Of a DNA stretch of 28,021 nucleotides, positions 7,682 to 16,592 are shown in pieces (position 1 is the first letter of the stretch; each line of letters starts with the position of its first letter). The stretch comes from an uncultured archaeon. GTDB lineage: Archaea; Iainarchaeota; Iainarchaeia; Iainarchaeales; DTGL01. A program made the translations under genes and the position numbers. The notes under the pieces were generated by a model, which made no database searches, was not told the origin of the DNA, and saw only the letters and a list, made by a program, of their open reading frames with translations. Location: assembly GCA_964551725.1 (NCBI GenBank), contig CAZKED010000015.1, forward strand, positions 1 through 28,021, given 5' to 3'.

Positions 7682-8026
7682 CTAGCCGCCGAAGGCGCCT
7701 GAGAGGAAGGCAATGGCAATCGTTACAATTATTATGACCGCGGCAACGGCAGCCAATAAAAGCATTGAAGCATAGCCTTCTCCCACTCTTATCCTGTTCG
7801 GCGTGGCATGCAATACCTCGTCCGTGAGAGGCGCGGGCTCTATCTCGGATGCCTTGTCGGCATCTACTTCCAGTGGAATAGAAAACGTGTTGCCGCAGCG
7901 CGCGCAAACGTAATTGATGCCCATTGAATATCTCTCCATTACCTTGTTGGACTTGTCCACCCTGATTTCGGGACTCCCGCAGACAGGGCAGACCCGAACA
8001 TGCTTTCCCTTAATCATGAAAACCAT
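7682..8026 (-). CDS. Zinc-ribbon protein with C-terminal membrane anchor
   Basis: CPVC...CARC and hydrophobic C-terminal helix. Confidence 0.8.
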   Translation of the reverse strand: MVFMIKGKHVRVCPVCGSPEIRVDKSNKVMERYSMGINYVCARCGNTFSIPLEVDADKASEIEPAPLTDEVLHATPNRIRVGEGYASMLLLAAVAAVIIIVTIAIAFLSGAFGG

Positions 8027-8111
8027 TGGAATTCAGCAGCGGAAACCATAAAACCATTGCTCCCCCTGCAGGAAAACAAGGTTTTTTATTCTTGCGCTGC
8101 GCATTCTATTT

Positions 8112-8828
8112 ATGCCTTCGCCGAGAGAGCCCGGTTCAAGAATACGCGAATTAAGGAACCGCAGGAAAGAGAAAAAGAAGGAAATAGCGGGCAAATTCCC
8201 CGAACTTTCCCCGGCGCACGTGAAAGGGCTCGCAAAGCTGAGGTATTACTCTGCAAAGCTTGAAATAATAAAGAGAACAATCAACGAACTCAACGAAAGG
8301 AGAGCGGCAGCCCAGGAAACAATGGAAAAGAAAGCCATAATGGAAGAAATAAAAGAACTCGAAAGAAAAAGGTCAGTTATAGGGACAAGAATCGAAAACC
8401 TTTACTACCGGCTTTCGTCGGAGGGCGTTAAAACGCAGACAAGAAAGGACGTCAGGCAGCTCGGCACAGAGGACGGACAGAGCGCGCAGATAAGGGTTCC
8501 GGAAACAAAAAAAAGAAAGGCAGAGGGAACCGCGGGAAAAAACCCCGGGAGGACCCCCCTGGAGAAAGGGATAATATCGGTCCTTATGGAAACCCCTGAC
8601 AAAATGGTTTCCGCAGAACAGGTTGCGGAAAGGCTCGGCATTCACGCGGAAGAAGCAACTGAAGCAATACGGGAAATGGGGAAGCCGGAACGGGGAGTGC
8701 TCGACACAACGTACAGGGGAAGAGACCTTATATGCAAGGTTCAGGGGGAAAAGCCCAGGGAAAAAGCGCAAAGACCGCTTTACCAGCGCCTGCTCAAAGA
8801 CCCAGAGGAAAAACTCGGGGGCAGGTGA
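8112..8828 (+). CDS. Hypothetical protein: basic N-terminus, coiled coil, C-terminal wHTH-like domain
   Basis: VSAEQVAERLGIHAEEATEAIREM HTH pattern. TTTTATTC box ends 21 nt before the ATG. Confidence 0.75.
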   Translation: MPSPREPGSRIRELRNRRKEKKKEIAGKFPELSPAHVKGLAKLRYYSAKLEIIKRTINELNERRAAAQETMEKKAIMEEIKELERKRSVIGTRIENLYYRLSSEGVKTQTRKDVRQLGTEDGQSAQIRVPETKKRKAEGTAGKNPGRTPLEKGIISVLMETPDKMVSAEQVAERLGIHAEEATEAIREMGKPERGVLDTTYRGRDLICKVQGEKPREKAQRPLYQRLLKDPEEKLGGR

Positions 8829-8886
8829 CAAGCCCCGCGGCGTAAATGATTCAAAACCTAAAGGAAAAAGCTGAATTTCCCTGCAT

Positions 8887-9504
8887 TCACCCGTGTTTCA
8901 GTTTTTCGAGGATTGAATGCTTTGCCTTTTTGAGTTCCCTTGGGTTCAGGTCCAGATGGGAGTGCTCGCGGAAGCCCTGCACCAGTTCAATCAATCTTTT
9001 CCTGTAAGAATGCAGCGCAAATTCTTCCACTAGCGCGGAATACCTGCGGAAATCGAAGCCCGATTTGAGCAGCAGGTCCATTATGTCAATTCTGTCCTTC
9101 AGTCCCTTAACGCTTTTTCCGCGCGCCATTTCCGCGCCCTGCTTCAGCAGGAGCAGCGGCTCGGGCCTGAGCACCGTAAAGCCCTCTATTTTCGTTGTTT
9201 CATTGCGCAGTTTTTCAAGGGGCAGTGCTAACCTTGAATAAAAGGGAACGTAAACGTCAACGTCCACTTCCTCCATGAAAAACTCGTATTTTTTAAGGCG
9301 CGCGTTTTTTTTGAGTTCGTGCAACTGCTTTAACCCGGGCAGTTCCTCCAGTTCCACTACAAGGTCGATGTCCTTGGATTTATGCGAGTGAGTCCACAGA
9401 AAGCATGCCCATCCACCAATGAGAATGAAACGCAGTCCCGATTTTTTCAACTGCTGCAGTTTCATCCAGCTTTTTTCCGTGAGAAGGCTATTCCAGTACT
9501 GCAT
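8887..9504 (-). CDS. Nucleotidyltransferase, AbiEii-like
   Basis: FILIGGWA...SKDIDL...DVDVY...LLLLK...KDRIDI motifs. Confidence 0.75.
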   Translation of the reverse strand: MQYWNSLLTEKSWMKLQQLKKSGLRFILIGGWACFLWTHSHKSKDIDLVVELEELPGLKQLHELKKNARLKKYEFFMEEVDVDVYVPFYSRLALPLEKLRNETTKIEGFTVLRPEPLLLLKQGAEMARGKSVKGLKDRIDIMDLLLKSGFDFRRYSALVEEFALHSYRKRLIELVQGFREHSHLDLNPRELKKAKHSILEKLKHG

Positions 9505-10078
9505 TAATTCTCAACTCCAGTTCTTTGAGGAATTCAGCGGAATACCACTGCGGCAGATTCCACAAATCTGCGAAGGTCTGCGCGAGCGTGGTGGTCTTGC
9601 CGTATTTTTCCATCAGTGAATCCTTTTCGAGCACGAAAAGGTTGGGTTTTTTGCGCGAAAGGGGAAAGCGCTTTTCCAGTTCGCCTGCACCGCTGTCATA
9701 AACGTAAACCTCTGAGTAATCCGCAGGCACTGACTTGAAGCGGAACTTGAACGCGGAAAAAGCAGCGAAAACCGCGGATTGGGACACGGAGCGCTCTATT
9801 TCCCTCACTGGCATTTCCGCGCGCGTGGAATAAACCAAATCTCTCAAGGGATTTCTCTCACTGCACCAGTAGAACAGAATCTTCCTCGCATCCGTTACAA
9901 CGAAATTCCTTGGATTCACTTTAACTGCGTGCATTCTCTTCAGGGGCTTGAGGGCGTGGTTCACAATTGAGAGGGAAACGCCCAGATCCCTGCTCAAGGC
10001 GCTCTGGGTGAATTCATTGCTCCCGCTCTCCAGGACACGGAAAAGGATTTCCCTGTAAACAAACTCGCGCTTCTGCAT
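9488..10078 (-). CDS. Winged-helix (MarR-like) protein, AbiEi-like partner
   Basis: FTQSALSRDLGVSLSIVNHALKPL HTH and C-terminal QTFADLW. Overlaps the NTase start. Confidence 0.78.
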   Translation of the reverse strand: MQKREFVYREILFRVLESGSNEFTQSALSRDLGVSLSIVNHALKPLKRMHAVKVNPRNFVVTDARKILFYWCSERNPLRDLVYSTRAEMPVREIERSVSQSAVFAAFSAFKFRFKSVPADYSEVYVYDSGAGELEKRFPLSRKKPNLFVLEKDSLMEKYGKTTTLAQTFADLWNLPQWYSAEFLKELELRINAVLE

Positions 10079-10185
10079 ACTATAATTAGCAGCCAAAGAA
10101 GTATTTAAATCTTTCTACAAACATAAAAAGATTTAAAAATAACCCTGCGGGAGAATTTTAGCATTTTGCCACTGGCACTCCCCTG

Positions 10186-11172
10186 TCAGCAGAGCCTGTA
10201 GAGCTCGCAGTTGTAGTAGCATCTCTTCCTTTTTTTCATTTCTCCTTCAAACAACTGACCGTTGGCTGCAGTGAACGACATCTTTATTGCTGAAATGCAT
10301 TCCCCTTCAGGCACTGCCTCCGAGGAAAAACTGAAAACGTATTTGAGCCTGGTGTTGTAACTATAGGTATAGGCGCTCGTGTTGATTGGCTTGAATGAAA
10401 AGTCCTCTGCCTGCACCTGCACGCTTTTCGAATAAATTTCCTTCCCGTCGCTGTTTTCCGCGGAAACAGCGAGAGTTCCTGCAGAGCTGACGGGAACGCT
10501 CTTCTCGGACAGGGTGAAGAAGAACTCGTAGGAAATTGTTTCTTTCTCCCTGCGGGCGAGGAGCTGCGGGGCGCTCATGCTGTCGGGGCTGCCGGCGAAC
10601 AGTGCAGTATCCCTGGGAAGGTCTTCCACGCTGCCTTTCCAGGCATAGTTTCCGCCCTGAAGGGACGCGAATTCGAAGAAAGCGGTGCCCCTGTCGCTCA
10701 ATCCCTTTTTCAGGCCCTCCAGCGGAATTTCAAAATCGTAATAGTAATCCGTTACCTCGGTTATTTCCTGATAGCCTTTTTCAAAGCTCGTGCGGCTTGA
10801 AACCTGCGCCCTGAAATCGCCCGCGTTCACTGGAAACTGCGCTGAAAAGGATTCGGTATCGTTGCTCTCAATCCTCACCTTGAGGGTTCCGCTCAACGCG
10901 ACCCTTTTTCGCTCCTCCCTTTCAATGAAATAAAGCATTCCCTTGAGCGAGTTTTCCTCCACCTTCAAGCCGGCGACATACACCGGCTTTGTCTCGTCCG
11001 AGGGCGCCGGCGTCCAGGGAACGGAGGAAACAGCCGAAGCAGGGGTTTCTTCAGGTGTGACCAGCCCGTCCCCCGCGGTTATTCCCGAAAAAACAATTGC
11101 TGCCAGAACCAAAAGCGCGATTAAAACAAGCGCAAGTGCGGTTATGAGATTTTTTCCCACGGCAAAAACCAT
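10186..11172 (-). CDS. Membrane-anchored/secreted protein with internal domain duplication
   Basis: N-terminal hydrophobic helix, P/T/S linker, two similar beta-rich segments. Confidence 0.8.
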   Translation of the reverse strand: MVFAVGKNLITALALVLIALLVLAAIVFSGITAGDGLVTPEETPASAVSSVPWTPAPSDETKPVYVAGLKVEENSLKGMLYFIEREERKRVALSGTLKVRIESNDTESFSAQFPVNAGDFRAQVSSRTSFEKGYQEITEVTDYYYDFEIPLEGLKKGLSDRGTAFFEFASLQGGNYAWKGSVEDLPRDTALFAGSPDSMSAPQLLARREKETISYEFFFTLSEKSVPVSSAGTLAVSAENSDGKEIYSKSVQVQAEDFSFKPINTSAYTYSYNTRLKYVFSFSSEAVPEGECISAIKMSFTAANGQLFEGEMKKRKRCYYNCELYRLC

Positions 11173-11190
11173 TATTATTCCGCACCGCGA

Positions 11191-11204
11191 GAATTTAATT
11201 GTTT
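11191..11204 (-). promoter_or_regulatory. Recurrent motif copy
   Basis: Exact core 19 nt from ATG 11172. Confidence 0.7.
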
Positions 11205-11226
11205 CCCCTGCAGGCGATTTTCGGGA

Positions 11227-12030
11227 TTACCCTGCCCCGTAAAGCGCCCTGAGGGCTGTTGAGGGAAGCGCCTCCATTGCCCTTTCCCTTGAAATGTCCA
11301 GCTTGTATACGCCTTTTCCGCTGGGCGAGAAGCGCTCTTCCACAATCCTTTTGTGTTCCGGGGTTCCGCCTGAAAATTCCAGTAAAAGAACATGACCTGC
11401 TTCAAGCGCGTAAGAGGAACTCCTTATTATTTTGTCGAGGATTGCCTCGAATTTTTCCGGTTCAACGCGTCCCGGCCTGTCAAGACCCCTTACGAGCAGT
11501 TCGTTCCTCTCCGGTCTGAACAACAGCTTGCATGCCGCGGTCATGCCTCCCCTGTCGAACCAGAAACGGAAAGGCAGGCTCCTGCCGTGCGTTCTTATGT
11601 TAATGCGGACGCTGAAAGGGTCCCTGCGGTTTCTCTTGAACAACTTGAGCAGTGTCAGGAGATAGGGTTTATAGGTTTCGCCCAGCGAGGCAAGAGCGCG
11701 CGCCCTGCAGTCGCCGTAAAACGTGGCAACCCTCGAAAGAAAGTATGCCCTGCAGTCCACAGGAATGTCCCGCGACATTTTTTCGAGCCTGTTGAGAAAA
11801 AGCGATGCCCCGGTTCTCTCCTCCGGCGACAGGGATTTCTCTTTTCCGAGCCTTTTGTGCAGTTTTTCAATGTCTTCCAGTTTCAGTCTCGCCTGCCGGC
11901 GCCACCAAACCGGAGAGCCCTTGACCTCTCTTTTAATCGATTCCCCTGCGGGAACTTTTCTGGGCCTCGGGCGGATTACGCCAGACTCGTTGATGCTCTT
12001 TCTTACCTCGCCCTTTGCCTTCAAACCCAT
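11227..12030 (-). CDS. Basic hypothetical protein
   Basis: 267-aa ORF filling the gap between two motif copies. Confidence 0.75.
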   Translation of the reverse strand: MGLKAKGEVRKSINESGVIRPRPRKVPAGESIKREVKGSPVWWRRQARLKLEDIEKLHKRLGKEKSLSPEERTGASLFLNRLEKMSRDIPVDCRAYFLSRVATFYGDCRARALASLGETYKPYLLTLLKLFKRNRRDPFSVRINIRTHGRSLPFRFWFDRGGMTAACKLLFRPERNELLVRGLDRPGRVEPEKFEAILDKIIRSSSYALEAGHVLLLEFSGGTPEHKRIVEERFSPSGKGVYKLDISRERAMEALPSTALRALYGAG

Positions 12031-12051
12031 AAGGAATTAAAGGGAGCGAGG

Positions 12052-12065
12052 GAATTTAATTCTTT
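12052..12065 (-). promoter_or_regulatory. Recurrent motif copy (GAATTTAATTCTTT)
   Basis: One mismatch, 22 nt from ATG 12030. Confidence 0.65.
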
Positions 12066-12069
12066 CCAA

Positions 12070-12312
12070 TCAGCGCTTCGGTCTGCGCCTGGGAAGCCGC
12101 GGTCTGGGGGCGGAATGCGCGGCATTGTGCTCGTGCATGCTGTGGAAGGCGTTGAGAATCACTCTTTCCCTGAGCTTTAACCGCTGTCCCGCAAAGCCCG
12201 CCAGCCTTGATTCTCCCGCGGGCGTGAGTTTCACTACTCCGTCCCTTCCTTCGCGGGCCCAGCCGTTCCTTACAAGCAGTTCCTTTTTTCTAGAGGTAAA
12301 ATCCAAGGACAT
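12070..12312 (-). CDS. Small basic hypothetical protein (wing-like LTPAG segment, Arg-rich tail)
   Basis: 80-aa ORF between two motif copies. Confidence 0.6.
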   Translation of the reverse strand: MSLDFTSRKKELLVRNGWAREGRDGVVKLTPAGESRLAGFAGQRLKLRERVILNAFHSMHEHNAAHSAPRPRLPRRRPKR

Positions 12313-12333
12313 AACAAAAGAATGCCGTAAAAA

Positions 12334-12347
12334 GAATTTAATTGTTT
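12334..12347 (-). promoter_or_regulatory. Recurrent motif copy
   Basis: Exact core 22 nt from ATG 12312. Confidence 0.7.
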
Positions 12348-12361
12348 CTGGGGAGCGGCTT

Positions 12362-12946
12362 TCATTTTGCCGGCTTGGTTGCCGTGAGCAGCCAGGGGCG
12401 CTTCACCCCGCCGCCGGCATAGACCTTCTGCCAGAAGCTCCCGATTTCGTCCGGTCTCGCTTCCCTCGGCTCGGTTACCTCGAACCCGAGGCTTTCAAGG
12501 ACCGGCTTGACTGCCCGGAGGTGCTCCCTTTCCTCCGAAACGGAAAGAGTTCCGCCGGGCACAAGCTTTTCAAACACTTGGCGGAAAACTTTCCTGTATT
12601 TTCTCGCCATGCGCGCGGGCTTTCCCTGGTAGGAGAGCACTATACTCATGCGGAATTGCCTCACGCTTTCCTGACCGTAATGCCTTTTGAGCACCCTGTG
12701 AAAGCTGCCCTGCCTGAGGCGGAGCACTCCGCCGTTGCGGCGTATTTCCTCGTCTCGAAGGGCGCGGTCTATTCCGTGCACCTCGATTCCCGGTCTGGTT
12801 AAAAGGGGGAGCATTCCCTTTGCCTTGTGCCCCGGACCGAGTTCGACTATGTCTATTATTTTCCCCACAGGCGGCTTTTGGAGCGCGCGCCTTTTCCCTG
12901 CTGCCCTTATCCTGTGAAAAATTCCGAAAAGACTGCGGCGCCTCAT
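12362..12946 (-). CDS. Class I SAM-dependent methyltransferase-like protein with Arg-rich leader
   Basis: IVELGPG...VHGID...LVPGGTLSV motifs. Confidence 0.75.
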   Translation of the reverse strand: MRRRSLFGIFHRIRAAGKRRALQKPPVGKIIDIVELGPGHKAKGMLPLLTRPGIEVHGIDRALRDEEIRRNGGVLRLRQGSFHRVLKRHYGQESVRQFRMSIVLSYQGKPARMARKYRKVFRQVFEKLVPGGTLSVSEEREHLRAVKPVLESLGFEVTEPREARPDEIGSFWQKVYAGGGVKRPWLLTATKPAK

Positions 12947-12967
12947 AAATAAAAGATTGCCGGGGAA

Positions 12968-12981
12968 GAATTTAATTGTTT
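12968..12981 (-). promoter_or_regulatory. Recurrent motif copy within an 11-bp stem
   Basis: Exact core 22 nt from ATG 12946. CCGGGGAAGAA-n9-TTCTTCTCCGG (12960-12990). Confidence 0.7.
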
Positions 12982-13017
12982 CTTCTCCGGGGAAAGGGAA
13001 AAAACCAGTAAAGAGTT

Positions 13018-13305
13018 ATGGATTACTTGCTTCTTTGCGGTTTTCCTTTGCCTTGCTCCAGGGAATCCTTCCACCACGGCGCTATATTTTCGATTGCTCT
13101 CTTCCTGCGCTCTTCCGGGGAAAGCGTCGACCAAAACGAATGCGAGCCTGTCCTCCTCGACCTGGAAGGCTTCCTGTGGGGTCAGCAGGTGCCTGTGGAA
13201 CAGTTCCTTGAAAACACCGGAATGCTGCATCCTCCTTATTCCGTGACCGCGCACGGCGTTCTGTGCTCGCCCCAGGTGAGAACCCTATGCCGCGCTCCGG
13301 GCTAA
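13018..13305 (+). CDS. Possible small hypothetical protein
   Basis: 95-aa ATG ORF filling an otherwise empty gap. No recognisable motif. Confidence 0.3.
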   Translation: MDYLLLCGFPLPCSRESFHHGAIFSIALFLRSSGESVDQNECEPVLLDLEGFLWGQQVPVEQFLENTGMLHPPYSVTAHGVLCSPQVRTLCRAPG

Positions 13306-14141
13306 AGAACGCTGCCGAACTTAAAGTGCGCGGAAACCTCCCAGTACAATGCATCTCTCAGTGAATCAAATAATTTCTTTGCTCCGTGGGATTTCAAGAG
13401 GTCGTATGTTCCCCTGTAGCCCAGCTGCATCAGGGAATGCATTCCCTCCAAACTGACATTGCTTCTTTTCACCCTTCCGCCCTCGATTGATTCTAGTTTT
13501 CTCTTTTCCCCTTCAATCATTTCAATATACTTAAGGTAATGACCCAGGTTGGTTTCATACTCGGGAGTGCCTTTGGCGACTTCCATTGAAGCGTTTACTC
13601 CTGAAAGGGCGAAATCAAGAAAGGGCATTAACTTCCTTGCATCAATTGTTTCCCCGCGGGGCGAAACGCTCATGCCAAGGTCGGCTGTTTTTTCGTCCAG
13701 TTCCGCAAGCTTCAAGGCAAGCTTCCTGCGCCTTTCAGAAAACCCGAATTCCTCCATTAATTCCCTGTCTTCGAGCAGTTCCCTGCGCATGGGGATTTCA
13801 ACATATTTCTTGAACAAAATCACGAATTTTTCGCTGTCAATTGCTCTCCCGGTGCGGAAGTCGTCAATCAGTTCACGGAAAGCAGTCGAATAGAGTTTTT
13901 CCCTCTCCGCCCTGCCGCCCATGAGGGCTTTAAGAATTCTTCTTTCCCCGGAAGTTTTTGGACGGGGAGACTTCCTTCTCCTGCCCAGCGTTGCTGAAAT
14001 CTCTCTTGATTCAGCCGCCCTCCCCAAGGATCTTGCAAGCCTTGCTCCGCCGATTTCCTTCAACGAAAACAAAAGCCTTGCAACCTGCTGCCTTTTTTCA
14101 GGCGAAATTTTTTTGGGCTGGAGCTTTTTCGAAGGCTTCAT
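13302..14141 (-). CDS. Hypothetical protein with Lys/Arg-rich N-terminus
   Basis: 279-aa ORF, TTTTATTC box 22 nt upstream. Confidence 0.78.
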   Translation of the reverse strand: MKPSKKLQPKKISPEKRQQVARLLFSLKEIGGARLARSLGRAAESREISATLGRRRKSPRPKTSGERRILKALMGGRAEREKLYSTAFRELIDDFRTGRAIDSEKFVILFKKYVEIPMRRELLEDRELMEEFGFSERRRKLALKLAELDEKTADLGMSVSPRGETIDARKLMPFLDFALSGVNASMEVAKGTPEYETNLGHYLKYIEMIEGEKRKLESIEGGRVKRSNVSLEGMHSLMQLGYRGTYDLLKSHGAKKLFDSLRDALYWEVSAHFKFGSVL

Positions 14142-14181
14142 GCAAAAATATTGCGCAATTGAGAATAAAAGGGTTTGCGGT

Positions 14182-15060
14182 TTACTGCCTTGCAGCGTTC
14201 AGCATGGGGAAGATTTCCGTGCGGAAAGTCTTAAGCACGTCAGCCAAAAATCCGAGGGGCGGGGTTTTTTTCTCGAGCATTTCACGCAGTCTGTTAAGTT
14301 CCCTGCTGTTCGGCAGTTCGGGGGATTCGAAAAGGAGCGTTTCAAACATGAATTCAAGAGAGTCAATGTCCCTTTCCTGTCCCCTGAGGGCTTTCACGAG
14401 AATGTCGTCCGCTTCAATCGCCCTTTTAACCGAATCCTTCCAGAGCGCTGTTGCTTCTGTCCTGCCGTATCTGAGAACGGTGTCGGAATTCAAAAAAGTG
14501 AGGCGGAGCTGGTAGTTCCCTTTTTCGGGGTCGAAGGAAAACCCCAGTTCCCTGAGTTTTGAAAGCGTTTCTTTCTCTCCCGCCAAAACCCTTCTCACTC
14601 TCTTTTCATGGAAAACTGCGAGTTCCCGGGGGCTGTTCTCCATGAAATTCCTTATGCGCCGGTAAAGCTTCCTGTTCGCCTCGTTCTCTTTGGTGAAATC
14701 ACTCCACGCTTTCCTCCTGCGCTCCATCCAATGCCTGTCGCTTTCGCCCTTTTTTTTCCTGGAAAAATCCAAAAGATAGCGGGAATGGAGAAAGGAATCC
14801 TCCCTCTCCAGGAACATTTCGGTCGCTTTGTCCAGGGCGGATTTCACTTTTGCCGGCGTAATGCTTTCCGGGTCAATTCTTTCCCCTTTCAGTTCAAGAA
14901 AGCTTATGGCATCGGAGTGCTTTATGAGGTCGAAGGGGGAAAGCCTTCCCTCTTTCCTTTCGGCGGTTTTCCTCAAATCCTTTATTTTGCCGTAAAGGCG
15001 CACCCTGCCCCGCAGGAGGCGCCCCCTGTAAAACTTTTTCAGCACGGGCATCCGGACCAA
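14182..15060 (-). CDS. Hypothetical protein with Arg-rich N-terminus
   Basis: 292-aa ORF (TTG 15060 or ATG 15051), TTTTATTC box 21 nt upstream of the TTG. Confidence 0.78.
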   Translation of the reverse strand: MVRMPVLKKFYRGRLLRGRVRLYGKIKDLRKTAERKEGRLSPFDLIKHSDAISFLELKGERIDPESITPAKVKSALDKATEMFLEREDSFLHSRYLLDFSRKKKGESDRHWMERRRKAWSDFTKENEANRKLYRRIRNFMENSPRELAVFHEKRVRRVLAGEKETLSKLRELGFSFDPEKGNYQLRLTFLNSDTVLRYGRTEATALWKDSVKRAIEADDILVKALRGQERDIDSLEFMFETLLFESPELPNSRELNRLREMLEKKTPPLGFLADVLKTFRTEIFPMLNAARQ

Positions 15061-15115
15061 TAAAAATATTACGCAACAGGGAATAAAAGGCTTTTTGCGT
15101 TTGGAGCTGCCTGGG

Positions 15116-16225
15116 CTAATAGGGTCTTAACTGCGAGTCAAGCCAGGTGGATTTCGGGTCCAGTTTCCTCTTGAAAATGCGCCCCATTTTCCTCGGGTTC
15201 TTTGCTTGGTGCTGCTTGAAATAAATGAATTTTCCCTTAACACCGAGAATTTCAATCTTGCCGGAGCGATGGGACATCGCGAACTTGAAGCGCTTGCTGT
15301 GACCGTTCAGGCGCTTTCTCGCGCTCTCCACCACGGCGCAGCCCCTCGCAAAGGGAACCTGGAACTGGGTTTTCACCCTGCGCACGGGCCTGCACTGGAA
15401 AAGGTAATAGGGGTTGACGCCTATTGAAACAAGCCCTGTCATCAGTTCCGCGAGGGTTTTGGGGTTGTCGTTTACTCCCTTGAGCAAAACCGTCTGGTTG
15501 TTCACTATAACCTTGGATCCGAGCAGTGCGTCCACGGCGTCTATGGACTGCCGCGTAATCTCCCGCGGGTGATTGAAATGGGTTACAACGTAAATCCTGC
15601 GGGTTTTCCTCGAATGCCTTACAAGCAGTTCCAAGAACTCGCTGTCCTGGGAAATCCTCTGCGGGAGAACAACCGGAACGCGCGTCCCGAACCTCACAAA
15701 GGAAAGGTGCTTTATTTCCGCGAGTTCGCCGAGAAAGCCCCGTATTATTTTATTTGAAAGGACAAAAGGGTCTCCGCCGGTTATCAAAACGTTGTCTATT
15801 TCCTCGTGCTCCCTAATGTAGTCGGCGGCTTCCCTGAAAGCGCTCAGCACTTCGTCGGAACTCCTCCCCACCAGTCTTTTCCTGAAACAGAACCTGCAGT
15901 AAGCCGCGCATCTGTTGGTTGAAAGAACGAGTGCGGTCTGCGCATACTTGTGCTGGAGACCCCTGCGCTTTGTGTTCTCTTTCTCCCCGCTCGTGTCGTA
16001 AGTGCCTCCCAAGAAAAGCTCGTCCTGGGAGGGAACCACGAGTTTTCTGAGCGGGTCACTGGGGTTGTCTTTGTCAATGAGGGAAAGGTAATAGCGGGTT
16101 ATGCGCATGGGGTGGATGGCTGAAACCCTTTCAAGGAGTTTTTCCTCGCCGGGAGAGATACCCAAATGCCCTTTGAGTTCTCCTACGCTGTTTATTGTTC
16201 TTCCAAGCTCTTCCTCCCAGTTCAT
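15116..16225 (-). CDS. KamA family radical SAM protein (lysine 2,3-aminomutase-like)
   Basis: GLQHKY, CAAYCRFCFRKR, LITGGDP, HFNHPREIT, NQTVLLKGVND, PYYLFQC. Confidence 0.93.
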   Translation of the reverse strand: MNWEEELGRTINSVGELKGHLGISPGEEKLLERVSAIHPMRITRYYLSLIDKDNPSDPLRKLVVPSQDELFLGGTYDTSGEKENTKRRGLQHKYAQTALVLSTNRCAAYCRFCFRKRLVGRSSDEVLSAFREAADYIREHEEIDNVLITGGDPFVLSNKIIRGFLGELAEIKHLSFVRFGTRVPVVLPQRISQDSEFLELLVRHSRKTRRIYVVTHFNHPREITRQSIDAVDALLGSKVIVNNQTVLLKGVNDNPKTLAELMTGLVSIGVNPYYLFQCRPVRRVKTQFQVPFARGCAVVESARKRLNGHSKRFKFAMSHRSGKIEILGVKGKFIYFKQHQAKNPRKMGRIFKRKLDPKSTWLDSQLRPY

Positions 16226-16331
16226 AAGAATTTATTCCAAAAACAGCTTTTTAAGGGGATGACCAAGCAGCATGTTTTAAAAAAACCGCGGTTTTTTGCG
16301 CCAGCCCGAACCCGCTCCCGGAAAGCAGGGG

Positions 16332-16538
16332 CTATTTTCCACTTCTTTTCGCCCTTATTGAAGCGCCTGCCTTCTCCGCTTTTTCAATGGGAAATTCAAA
16401 GAAGTCCGCGCCCTCGTGCCTGCAGTCCAGGCACTGGCTGTATTCAATGCTTGCCTCCAACAAGGGTCCCTTTTGCCTGACCCTCAGGGAACCGCAGCAG
16501 GGACAGACCTTGCGCATTTTTTTGACACGCGCTTCCAT
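16332..16538 (-). CDS. Small zinc-ribbon protein
   Basis: CPCCGS...QCLDC. Start may be ATG 16517. Confidence 0.65.
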   Translation of the reverse strand: MEARVKKMRKVCPCCGSLRVRQKGPLLEASIEYSQCLDCRHEGADFFEFPIEKAEKAGASIRAKRSGK

Positions 16539-16592
16539 TTTGGAATAATGGGGGGAATGCTTATTTTACCCTTTCGCTTGGTTCCTGAAGAA

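Noticed and set aside
1851-12990. CRISPR array or canonical integron attC sites
   Set aside because: Repeats are short and separated by whole genes. No RYYYAAC/GTTRRRY box pairs, no intI or cas genes seen.
12943-13254. Minus-strand 103-aa ORF
   Set aside because: It reads through the motif and promoter of the downstream gene and has no upstream promoter or RBS.
16280-16297. Perfect palindrome AAAAAACCGCGGTTTTTT upstream of kamA
   Set aside because: Single, low-complexity and without supporting context.
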